A stretch of DNA of 64,000 nucleotides, from positions 882,469 to 946,468 of the forward strand of contig NW_002060960.1 of NCBI RefSeq assembly GCF_000150275.1, written 5' to 3'. The notes below the pieces were generated by a model. That model did no database searches and was not told the origin of the DNA. It saw only the letters and a program-made list of their open reading frames with translations. Below are positions 13,900 through 26,100 of the stretch, piece after piece. This DNA is from Trichoplax adhaerens. Taxonomy: Eukaryota; Animalia; Placozoa. A program made the translations under genes and the position numbers. Every line of letters begins with the position of its first letter. Position 1 is the stretch's first letter.

Positions 13900-13998
13900 T
13901 GCCCCAGGAGAGGATCGAACTCTCGACCTTTGCATGTCTATGGCGCCTTCAATACTGCCATATAAGTACAACGCGCTAACCTACTGTGCCACTGGGGC
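13900..13998 (-). tRNA. tRNA-Ile(UAU) with a 25-nt canonical intron (13960-13936)
   Basis: Minus strand reads GCCCCAG TG GCAC AGTAGGTTA GCGC G TTGTA CT TAT A [TGGCAGTATTGAAGGCGCCATAGAC] A TGCAA AGGTC GAGAG TTCGATC CTCTC CTGGGGC A. Acceptor and T stems are perfect; intron lies at position 37/38. Confidence 0.95.
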
Positions 13999-14082
13999 AT
14001 TACGTTCATCGAAAGTAAAATTTCATTATTTGAATGGATAAAGACTTGTATTTGCATAGATGCATAAATTATATTATAAATT

Positions 14083-15340
14083 GTACAGTACAGTACTGTA
14101 CTGTATTGATGTACTGTACAGTACTGTACAGTTACTGTAAAATAGTACTGTACAGTGTACAGTACTGTACTGTACTGTACTGTACAGTATATTGAGTATG
14201 TTGATGGTCAATTAAAGTAATACTGTGCTCTATAAACCAAATTCTATCGTTCACGTTGAGCGATATTTCATTCCATTGATTTCTTGCTAGAACGAACTTT
14301 TCATTATTTAGACCTTTCTCAATCTTTGCATGTCCAATTTTACACGAGTTTTAATCAATTCGCGTGTATTATTCATTTTATTTTAGTTCATCTTATCGTC
14401 CTGATCGTTGGTTCCATGAGTAGAGTACAGTATAATAATAGAAATTGACAGGAGCGTGTACTGCAACTACTGTACTGTACTGTACTGTGTGCAATACTGT
14501 ATACAGTCTTGCTACAGTGTACAGTAGGATACTGTGTACAGTACTTGTTACCGTGCCAGCCATTCAGTACTGTACGGCTTTGTCTACTGTATGTGGCTAT
14601 AGCCACCATGCCAACACCAAGACGGTGCACAGGTGCGGTGTTGTATCGTGCTACCGTTCCATGTAAAAATAAGCATTTCTACAGCACTGTACAGTACAGT
14701 ACAGTACAGTCTTGCTACAGTGTACAGTACAGTAGGATCGAATACATTTCTACACAGCACTGTAGCGCACTGTACAGTCTTGCTACAGTAGGATCTACAG
14801 TAGCACAGTACTGTACTGTACAGTATACAGTACTGTAGTATTTACTGTAGTCTGGTTACAGTGTACAGTACTGTACTACAGTAGATTGTACTGTACTACT
14901 GTACTGTAGACTGTACACTAGACTGTGTGTACTGTACTGTACTGTACAGTATTATACTCAGTAGACATCATAAAGGGATTCAACCGAGCCGAACCGGACC
15001 GGACCAAACTCAGGCCAACTGTAGTCTGGTTACAGTGTACAGTACTGTACTGTACTAGACTGTACTAGACTGTACTGTAGACTGTACACGAGACTGTGTG
15101 TACTGTACTGTACAGTATTATACTCAGTAGAGATCATAAAGGGATTCAACCGAGCCAAACCGGACCGGACCAAACTCAGGCCAACTGTATACTGTACACT
15201 GTACAGTACAGTACAGTCTTGCTACAGTGTACAGTAAGAACTAGTACAGTACTTGGTACCGTACTAGCCCTTCTGTACTGTACGGCTTTGTCTACGCCAG
15301 CAGCAAAACGGTGCACAGGTGCGTTGTTGTATCAGCTCTG
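14083..15340. repeat. Self-complementary (ACAGT/ACTGT)n low-complexity satellite with internal duplicated modules
   Basis: Dense TACAGTACTGTA palindromes at 14083-14190 and 14455-15290. Direct duplications at ~14850-15022 / 15022-15190 and ~14500-14650 / 15210-15335. Confidence 0.9.
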
Positions 15341-15586
15341 ACTCACTGCTAAATCAGTGCAATACAGGAACAGTATGGGCTTGATGTGTTATCCCCAAAC
15401 ACGATACTCCTTTCACTATGGCATTTCAAGCGTCCAAAATTGCAACTCCGATCCATCGCTTAGGTATCTCTGCCCACCAAGATGGCAATGGATAACATCC
15501 ATCCAATGGCTTGCATAGGATGAATGAATCCATTCAACATCCACTCCATGTAGGGTAGTCTAATTAAGTTAGTCAGTGAGAGAAAG

Positions 15587-18500
15587 ATGAGTTGGTTTTC
15601 TACTAGTTCGTTGGATTTTGCCAAGAGTGCCTTTGTTAAGGCACAACAACAAATCGATCGCGTGTTAGATATTCAAGATGAAGACTCCACTGGCAATGTC
15701 AAGTCGAGTTCTTCCGGCCATCAAAGTAGCAAAATAATAGGTATGCTTTCAAGTCCAGTGGTTATCCATGGTGATTTTAGGCTATAGCGGCAGAGGCTAT
15801 GTTTTAAATAGTACAAATGATGTAGCCCATACATGAATTAATGCTTATTGTTGGTTATGATCATAGGCCATGATGTCCGTCATGATCGCAAAAGTCAACA
15901 TCAAGCCAATAAAACTTCCAAGCCAACGTTAACACCATCCACTTCAAGTAGTAAGATCGCCTTGGATCCAAGCGATATCAATAAACAACGACTGGGTGAT
16001 GATAATTCATTATGGGATACATATTTAAATGAAGGGACAGACGATTCTGCACCTTCCACTCCATTGCATAAGTTGGTGGCTAAACCAGCGACAATATCCA
16101 ACAAATCACTCACTTCTTCTGGGCAAAAGCCATCAACAGGTAAACCAACAATCAGTAAGGAAAAGAAAGAGGCGAGTAAACGTGGTGGTGTAAAAGCCCA
16201 GGGACAACGGACAATAACTAGTCCAACCAAACGACCAACTAAAACCGGTCATCAGCTTACCCATAAACGTAATCATTCTAGTAGTAGCATAGATGGAAAG
16301 GACAGCGATAGTGCTCAACCGCTTGCCAACAAACAAGTGGATGAAACAACAGAAATCGAAGCAATAGCGATCACAGAAAGCGTCCAAGAAAGTCTTCAAC
16401 AAAAAGATCAACCTCCAATCGATCATAGTCTATTGCCATTGGATACGACTGCTCAGCCATTCGACCATAGTCACAAAGTAGATCATCCATTCGATCATAG
16501 TCAAAAAGTACAGGAGAGTGTTGTACATCATCCAACCAATTTACAATCACTTCAAAGCGATACTGATGATGACAAGATTGAGCCAAGTCAAAGCAACATC
16601 GCAAGCATAGAATCCATCAACACCAATGTCAATGAAATGAAACAAGTTCATTTAGATACGGAAGAACGAGCGTTATCGTCACTTCCAGATCAACAATTCC
16701 ATATTCAAGATAGTAATGAGTTGCTACCTCCAACAACTTCAGATACAACAACAGAGAACGACAAGGTGGATCAATCCCATTCCAGTCATTGCTCTCAAGA
16801 GAAGAATACAATTGAGCATCATTCAGACGATGATCATCAAATGGATGATGCAAGCAATGATACCCATGAATTGGAATCAGGTTCTGATTGATTGATTGAT
16901 GATATCTTATCATACAGCAATGGAAATAGAACTTTTTATTTGCATAACTACTATTAAATTGATAGGTTTAGCTTGTTAAAGAATATTTCAATACCAGTAC
17001 TACACCAAATGGAATACTAATGTTGATGTATCATATTCATTCGCCAAGATATTGGACAATATAGCAATCAACAAGATGCATCGGAATTGAATCAGTCATC
17101 CGGAAGCAGCACTTTATCACAACCGACAAATAGTAAATTAACTCAAAGCCTTAGTCAAGGCGATAATCAATCCAACGATAGTGCTGAAAGCTGTAAAGTT
17201 AATCATAATGTAGATGTTAGTGAAATTTCCCAACAAGAAACGATACCTCAAATAACTGAGAATAGTCAATCAGCAATCCCACTAGAGAAATATGTAGAGA
17301 AAGTAGAAAAATTGCAAAAGGTAAATGATGCATCATTTACTTGATTGTCTCTGTTTTGAAATAGTTGAATACCTCTTCGCATTGTTTTGGGATAACTATT
17401 TTAAGCTTTTATCTTATAGCAATTAGATCATTACTATCAGCTAATTGAAGCAAGAGAAACTAAAATTGTTGTATTAAGTAAGACTAATCATGACCTTGAC
17501 GAAGCCAATGTCATCTTAAGAAGGTTAACCACAACTATGTTGAATTTGTATTTCTCCTTCTTTTTGTATAGTAAAGATTTATGACTACGTTATTAATTGA
17601 ATAGAACATCACCTTATGGATGATACCAAATGAGATAGTGAGTTAAAGGTGCTCGTTTGTAATCAAGTATCAAATTACTGTTTGTAACTTAGGCAACTTG
17701 AACAGGCTGAAATTATGAGAAAAGCAGACGACGACGAAGTTGAGAAATTGACACGAGAATTTACAAATAGAATTTCAACATCTGAAGGCAAATTAAAGGA
17801 CGTTATACGGGTTAGAGATTGAATAATACTGAATATAAGTAATACGCGCATATACTCGTGTATAGATACATAATTGAATGAGGAATATTGATTTATTCTA
17901 GGATCGAGATTTGTTCAAGAAGAAAGTGGCAGAATTGGAAGAAGTTCTTGCTACACAGTAAATTAAAATAATTTTCTTATTTTTTCGTCACCTTGCATTA
18001 TTCTTTCTTCGTTATCAGGCCAATGAAAACTTTCATACATCTTATCCCTAGGTTAGAAAGTCATTCAACTATTTTAGAAGAAAAAGAAAATGAAGTAAGA
18101 GAATTGCGAAATGAAGGTACAATATTGGGAAATTCTTTCATGTTGGATATCACTTAACGTCTATATGAAATGTGTTGTAACGTTTAAAAACAAGTTAACA
18201 TACTCGTATTTGCTAAAAATTATAGGGGAACGACTATCTAAGCAGCAGCTACAAAGTAATAATATTATTAAAAAATTAAGAGCCAAGGAAAAGGAATCTG
18301 ACTCTGCTCTAATATCATCAAGGTATTTAATTGACAGCGTCACTAACTATAAGGTAGATTTAGGACTTATTTTCATCGTTTGTGCATTCTTTGAATTAAA
18401 ACATAGAGAAAATGTTGCGACGTTGCAGTCTGAATGTGAAAAGTTACGCGAATCTCTTAAACAAAAAGATCAGAAGGAAGCCAAATTACAAGGTACCATT

Positions 18501-21500
18501 TGAATGATTTAAAAATCTATTACAGTGATAGCTATGACTAGTTACGCTACAGTAATTGGTTGGTCGTCTATTCACACTTTTGTATAATTCTAACAAAAAT
18601 AAAGAACAATACGATACCTTGAATGAAATGATTTCTCGCCAAGAAAAGAAGTCGATATCTCAGAAGGTAACATAAAGCTTAAGAACTTTTTATGTTTCAT
18701 CATACTACGTTACTTATGCAATCTGGAAATAAGTGCAATTATGTTTAAACATTGGAATACTATAGCAAGAATTAGATAATGCTTTGGAGAAAGCTAGAAG
18801 TTTACAATCGGCTCTCGATAAATCCTATGTGTGCGTAAATTGTTATTTTAAACTGAAACTATATTGTACAATATTTGAATAACATCCTTCAACATATGCT
18901 TTTAATGATAATAATTAAATATTAATTGTAACTTAATAAATTTGACGATACTGTAGTGAATTAGCTGAGTTGCATAAAGAAAGTGCCCATAAACAAAGTC
19001 AAGCGAAGGAAATTGCTCTTAGTGCTGAGGTTCTAGCAAAGGAAGAGTTAAGAATGACAATAGATCGTGAAAAGCGTAAAGCTACTGAAGAACAAGAGAG
19101 ATTAGCTATGCAGGTTAGAGAAATTCTAGCGGATAAGAGAATATTTCATTTCTTCATGTTTATTGATGGATGTGATAGTAAATTATTGGTTATACCATTT
19201 TGCACATATTGAAATGCAAACAGATCAAAGATCTTCAGTCTGCTATAAGTAGAAGTGAACAACAAACAACCTGGACAGAAGAAACTTTGCGCAGGGAAAT
19301 TAGTGACATGCAAATGGTAAGTGGATGCTTTGTAATCAACCTAATGTATAATAATTAATTACAAGAACGACTTGACAATTTTATATACTGCACTAAATAA
19401 CAATTTCTATTTAATTGTGATAAATAATATTATCAAACAGAGATTGCAAGCAGCAGAATCTAGAAATCAGGATTTATCTCAAAGTATTTCACAAGGTATT
19501 ACAGCGATAATGCACGTAAATTAAGAAATATCTACGTAACTTAAACTTTCCACTTTAGTTTCAAATATCAGTTCAATTGACTAATAGGTTATTAAATTAT
19601 ACTTCCTCCTTTAATAATTCAGCCACCCAGCCTTTACTTCGCCAAATAAATAATTTGCAAAACTCTCATAAATCTCAGCTGGCGTCTTGGGAAGCCGTTG
19701 AAAGAAATTTAACTGAGAGATTAAGTCAGTCATTATAAAAGGAATTGAAAATGTTGCCAGTAAAACAGACAGCTTCATAGCTAATTGAATGGATGTATCA
19801 TTTTTTGATCTATAGATGAAACTAATCAGCAGTTAATGCTTGCGTCTGAAAAAGAACAAGTAGCAACAACAACGTCCATGGAATCTATCTCTAAATTGGC
19901 CAATTATGAAGCTCAAATTAAAGCCCAAAAGAAGCAAATAACAACGTTAAAATCTGAATTGCAAGCTGAAAAGCTCCGCTATCAAGATTTAGACGATAAC
20001 ATGAAACGGTACTATTAATTTGTTATTTATCATTCGTCGTGACTAATAACAATTAATGGAATAATTTATTCACGATAAATAATTACACAAATGATAGGCA
20101 AAAATCTAAAGCTGACGAAGTTAAAGCTAGTCTATTTCGTGACCTTCGAAATCTACGAAATGATAAGGTAATATTGTAGATATCATTATTCTCTAGTTAT
20201 CTAGTGTCTAGTTGTTATGGCAATAAAAATGAATTAGAAAAAGACCTATTCGCAATTTATACAATTGCATTTTTAAATGTAGGACTTAAGTGAGACACAA
20301 ATGCAAAATGAAATTAGTAATCTGGAGCAAGAATTAAAAAAGACAACAGAGTTACTGAATATATCACAAGAAAAGGTAGTTTTATTATCTGGATATTGAT
20401 TTAATGAGTACACTAGTACTAAAAATATACCTCGCCGGCAAGTATTGCGACGGTATTATATTGATATAATTATTAAACTATTTTGGAATAGCTAGCGATT
20501 TCTTTTGCCAGTTGTAAATATCATAAGAGATTGTTTATTGGTGATGTTTGTAGCTTAAATTTCGCGAACATAGTAGAACTGATAGCTGGTCAAGTTCCAC
20601 AGGGAATGCGAATGCGATTTCAGATGTACCTGCATCATCATCGTTGACTCAGGTATTAACTAATGTAGATTATCGCGCTGTGAATGATATCGCTTTCTAA
20701 AATTTAAAGTTATCCTACAAAAGATTAATTCATTGGATTTGCAGAGTGAACTACTGGAACAGTCCCTACGTTCACACTCTGTAGCATCAACACCTACTGC
20801 AGGGGGAGAATTTTTCCGGCGGGCAACACCTTCAACTATCATGGAAGTTTTACAAGCCCAACTTAAACAAAAGGAAGGAGAAGTTTCTATATTACAGGTA
20901 CACTTTATGAACCAAGTGTAGAATACTCTATGCAATAAAATTTTCCATATCTCTTTTAATTGTTTTGTATCATAATGAAGTGATATTTCTGAATATGAAG
21001 TAATTGATGTTATACCAGGAAGAAGTATCGACATTAAAGCAGTCTAGATCTTCAATTGCGGAAGACGTGCTGCATTTAAATATGGAAATTGAAAGTCTAC
21101 AAGACGAAGCCGAAGCTGTTAATGAATGGAAAGCATCATATAAGGTAATATAACCTTACGTTACGTTACTATCAAGTTAATAAGCTTAAGATGTAACACT
21201 TCATTTTGTCGTCGATTTTCATTCAAGATGTCTGATGAGGCGTAGAGTCATTTCATCTTACGTGTACTAACATATCTTTCAGGAACTCCAAACTCGGTAT
21301 AATGCAATGCTTCAGATGTATGGAGAAAAAGCTGAAGAAGCTCAAGAATTACGTTTAGATTTAGAAGATGTTAAAATGATGTATCGAACTCAGGTATTGT
21401 ACTGTATGTTATATGTATACGTTTTCTCGGACATTAAATAATGAAGAAGATTGAAGTAATTGTTAGCGCCATTATTTTTGTAAGAATTTTTATATTTACA

Positions 21501-21540
21501 ATTTCTACAGATTGATCAGTTGCTAAAACAATCTAAATAA
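15587..21540 (+). CDS. TMF1: TATA element modulatory factor 1 (golgin TMF1), ~20 exons
   Basis: N-terminus MSWFSTSSLDFAKSAFVKAQQQIDRVLDIQDE; EGERLSKQQLQSNNIIKKLRAKEKE; ATQPLLRQINNLQ; C-terminus ELQTRYNAMLQMYGEKAEEAQELRLDLEDVKMMYRTQIDQLLKQSK* (TAA 21538-21540). All are hallmark TMF1 motifs. Confidence 0.95.
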
Positions 21541-22912
21541 TTATATACCAACAAATGGTCGAATTTTTAATATGAAAGAAGAAAAGGAGTCTTTTCACAT
21601 ATTTTCAAGGTGAACCTTGGTGCTATTCAAAAATTTTTAAAATATGCAGTTATTTGGATACTGTTAATGTAATATATCATCTGTTAGCGGGAATGACTAC
21701 GATATTTTAAATATGTATTCTAATTCATCTAAATCGTGATCGGACGTTATGATTCATGTTGAATAAGCTATATTGGCATTATTTTGACGTAAAATCACAG
21801 CTTTTTAAATATATTGAATTTCAAAAATGGTATAAAAATTTAATTTCTGTGGAGAGAACATATTTTCCACTGGTTCTAATTGACTGTATTGCTTTAGGTT
21901 TGATAATTTCTGTTTACTTCAAATTGCCAAATTGTGGTCTCGCATACATGTAGTCCACAGGCATCTTATTTAAAACAATTGTGTAGAGCAATGATAAAAT
22001 GTAAGTCAATTTATATGCAGAATTATGTCTTCCGTTTCTGTAAGATTAAAATTACTTACTAAAATTAAAAAATGGATGAAACTAGCGAATTATTGTCCAT
22101 CCAAAGTGAGTGTATTACGTTCCCTGCTGCAACATATAGAGCAGTATATCGTCACTACCGGTACTACTGTACTAAAGTGTAATGTAGTGCAACAATATTC
22201 TCCAAAGTGTTTACAATGTTATTGCTGTGTATCAGGTACGATCGACAGATTTTATACCATGGCTAATAAATTGCAATAATTAGTCTATACACTATCAAAT
22301 ACTAGTTTAAGAAGCCGTTAGGTTAGTCGATATCTTTATTAAGAAATTGGAATACAACTATAAGAGATACACTGATACATTAGTGATAAGTTACTTATGG
22401 AAAATAGGGTACAACGGTCGCAAGAAAGGCATCAGTAGGCTTGGCAACAGTCTATTAGTGTCGTTGTAGGTTGAATAACAACTCGGCTGTTACAAAAAGT
22501 AAATTCAGCATCAAGTAAATGATTGCAACTGAAATGGATAATACTTGATTGCAGGTCGGTTACTACAGTACTAAGTTTCATATTATAACAGCCATTAAAA
22601 TCACAACTCACGTACATGAACACATTAATGTGATACAAGCTTGAAAAAGATTCATGTTTGATTCAATCGTGCGAATGATCTGATATTAATGAGTAATATA
22701 ATAATATTTAACATCTAGTATTAATATTAAACTTGCACTACCATTAGGTATAAAGTTAGTTCGAATGAAAATATAAAACTATCATACTAAGTTATGTTTT
22801 CAAGTAATACGTTCCGTTTGCGTAGTCACAATTCATAATTACTATTTTTTTTTAAACTTAATGTAGAATTAAACTTACACTATACGACGCAAGGATGATT
22901 TTAAATAGTATC

Positions 22913-22915
<3 letters not shown>

Positions 22916-22943
<28 letters not shown>
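22916..22943. repeat. (AT)n microsatellite
   Basis: ~14 TA units between the convergent 3' ends of TMF1 and PDPK1. Confidence 0.9.
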
Positions 22944-22946
<3 letters not shown>

Positions 22947-23178
22947 ACGTTATCGTTTTGATACTAGGTAAAAATTGTGTTAGTTACGCAAGTGATAGGA
23001 ATTTCGACAGTTGTTAGGAATTGATACTTGTACAATCAATCATGGGAAACCAGAAAAGAAAAATAATAAACAATTGATGTAACCAATGACCAAGCGGATA
23101 GATAAAGATCATGGCTAGTTTTACGGTAATTACTGCAAGTAAAGTAGCTCGCTGTTGTACTTTAAGCGGCGTGGTAAA

Positions 23179-26100
23179 TTAAACAAATTCAGCAACTGAA
23201 TCTGATGCGGATCTCTGATAAATATCTTTATGCACATCTTCAATTTTGTTGACCCAATCTATCGCGTAGCCATTTGGGTCTTCAAGATAATAAGTTCGAT
23301 TTGGCTGTTTGTAATATAAAGGTACGTAATAACGAAGTTACTGATAGCTATATGAAAAACTTTTTGAATATAGTCATGACGTCAAATCAAGAAAGATTCA
23401 TAGAACTGATTATAGTAATTTCATACCGTATGAACAAAAAATGTCTTGAAATTTTTGGCTTCTGGGCGCAATTCGCGGGACCTAAGGGAATGATGGGGCG
23501 AATTAATATGTTTATTATGTTTATCTCCACATTGATAAATTGTTACTCACAGCAAAGAAAGTTAAAATATTGCTACTTACCAGGGAATTTCACCTTTTAG
23601 CACCATTGCTTGTGGATCGACGTAGTATAAATGCGGCCCTTCTGTTAATAACAACTGACGACGTCTGGCGAATAAACCCTTGAAAAGTGAAAAATTATAA
23701 ATTCATGAAGCTTAAAATCAAATTAGAGGTCGTCCGAAAAGTAATAGAGATGAAGTGCGATAGGTACTAACTTTTCGCTTATCTACCAGGCCCATTTTTA
23801 GAATTAAATTATTTTCTACAAATCTATGCCTGATGGACATATAATATGTAAATATGTAGAAATTAGATAAAGTATTAAGTTGATTTCGTTAATTTTGATA
23901 CGAAAATTTATCGACTGACCATTTGGAATCTTTTTGTTGCTTATCTAGCTTACGCTTACGGTCTTCTTTATTAATATTGGAGAGCAATCCAAATTCCTTA
24001 TTTCTTTCCTTATCACTTAAACCAAATTGAGCTAACATCCTTTCATCGAAATCATCATCATCGTCGCCACCTTCCTGTTGTAGTAGTTAATTACAATTGA
24101 ATGCAATATCGAACGACAACACCAATCCATGCAACTAGAATTGCATTTATAAAATTTGTGCTTACATTAAGTCCACTACGCAGATCTTCTTGGCTTTTAC
24201 TCTTTGCTGGTAAAAAAGGAGCCAGTTTAGGCGGTTCTAAATCCGCTAATTTTTCCCAGGGAATGTCTTTATAATAAAAAAAGAAATATAAAGTGATAAA
24301 TTTACTTGCAATAATTGTATATGGTAAAATTAAGAACTATACCTTCATAGAAAGTATGAGCTTTCAATTTGCTATATCCGCCCATTTCAGGACAACCCAA
24401 ACGTTGCTTAGGATCTTTGACCTAATTGTTTAGAGTTGTCAGTTTAACATTAGTACAATATCAGATTACTTAGTGTAAGATTCTTATAGCGTAGGTAAAC
24501 TAGCACGCTAATTTATATAAATTAAGGGGTAAATAAATACTTTACATACTAATAAACACTCAACCAATTCTTTCGTAGTGGGGTCGAAACCATCTGGGAA
24601 ATTATATTCTAAATTGATTATTTTTTGGAAAATTTGATATTCATTCCTGAGATGAAACAGTAAATAGAACCGCTAAGATAACTAAGCATTACAATGATAC
24701 TATGGATAAGAGATTATATGTCCGAAATGATAGGCGTAATGATTCATTAGTGATAAATTACAATCTACGATTAATTCTTTACAAGTAATGTAAAACATGA
24801 GCGTATCAATTATAACTCACGTTGCTCTAAATGGAGGCAATCCAGCAGCAAACTGATAGATAATACATCCAAGAGCCCATAAATCCGAGCTGGTGGAATA
24901 ACAAGGACAAGCACGTCTTAATTCTTTTAATTAGTTTGGAATTGTTTGATGAATCTATTACCTTTTAAATGCACTCTTTGCTGTTAGTAATTCTGGTGAT
25001 ACATATTGAGCAGTGCCAACAAATGATTGAGCTCGAGCTAAATCGTAGTAGTAAATAGACAAGTAGGAATAATGTTAATTCGTTGTAAAGAGACACATAG
25101 ATACGGTGCTGTATTAACATGATTGTGATTAAAAGTAGACTACTATTCCATCTGAACTCTATTATTAGCAATATTGTTGGCAATATTTTAAGCACTACAA
25201 AAGTATAGCAATAAATCATAGTTTATCTCAAGTTATACCATTATCATCGCCTTCCACAAAAGCAGTTCCGAAATCCGTAATTTGAATGTGCATATTATTG
25301 TCAAGTAGAATATTTTCAGGCTTTAAATCTCTACAATTCAAAAACGCTATTAACTACAAGTACAGCAACGCAGCTAGAAGCCTATCATGTCTCAAAAAGC
25401 TCAAGGAAGCAGATACGATAGTATTACCTGTGAATGATACCTTGGTCGTGTAAATATTCCAAAGCTGAGGTGATTTCCGCTGCATAAAATCGAGTCGCAT
25501 ATTCATCAAAGCTCCCTAACTATATTTTGAAATAGATATGAGTACAAATCATTCAAATTACTCTTTTTAGCTGCTCAATAACGATGCATACTCATTCTAA
25601 ACATAGGATACTTTATATTACCTTATTGATGTAGTTTAACAGCTCACCATTCTTAGCAAAACTTAACACAAAGTCTAATGTAGTGGTTGTTGTTAAGGTA
25701 AAATAATATCATCATAAATGGTCCTGCAATCGTTTATGACCTAAAGGATGTCAATTTTATTTGGTTGCATAGCATGAAAAGTAGTTCAAATGTAAGAATT
25801 AAGTATTTTAGGATACAAAGTCTTTCTTTATCTTGAAATGTAAAATATAACCGGACAAAGAACGGATGGTTGAGTCGACTGAAGACTTCCTTTTCTCGAG
25901 AAACATATTTCACCTTGTGTTCTTTAATAATGAGGCGTTTTTCCAGAATTTTGACTGAATTATCAAAATTTTAAGCATTAAGATTAGTTAACTATAGAAG
26001 TACTATAGGTTAATGTAAATGAGTCTACAAGTTAATAACAACTCGTAACTTAGGAAAGTATTACTCTAGTCAATATGTGACTACTGTTTGACCCTTCAAT

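Noticed and set aside
14972-15015. B-box-like GGTTGAATCCC (minus strand) suggesting a tRNA-derived SINE
   Set aside because: Lacks the invariant TTC; no A-box, cloverleaf, tail or target-site duplication seen
14388-15341. Cys/Tyr/Thr-rich ORFs on both strands
   Set aside because: Translations of the CAGTA satellite
15901-16913. Antisense ORFs overlapping TMF1 exon 2
   Set aside because: Shadow ORFs of a long low-complexity coding exon
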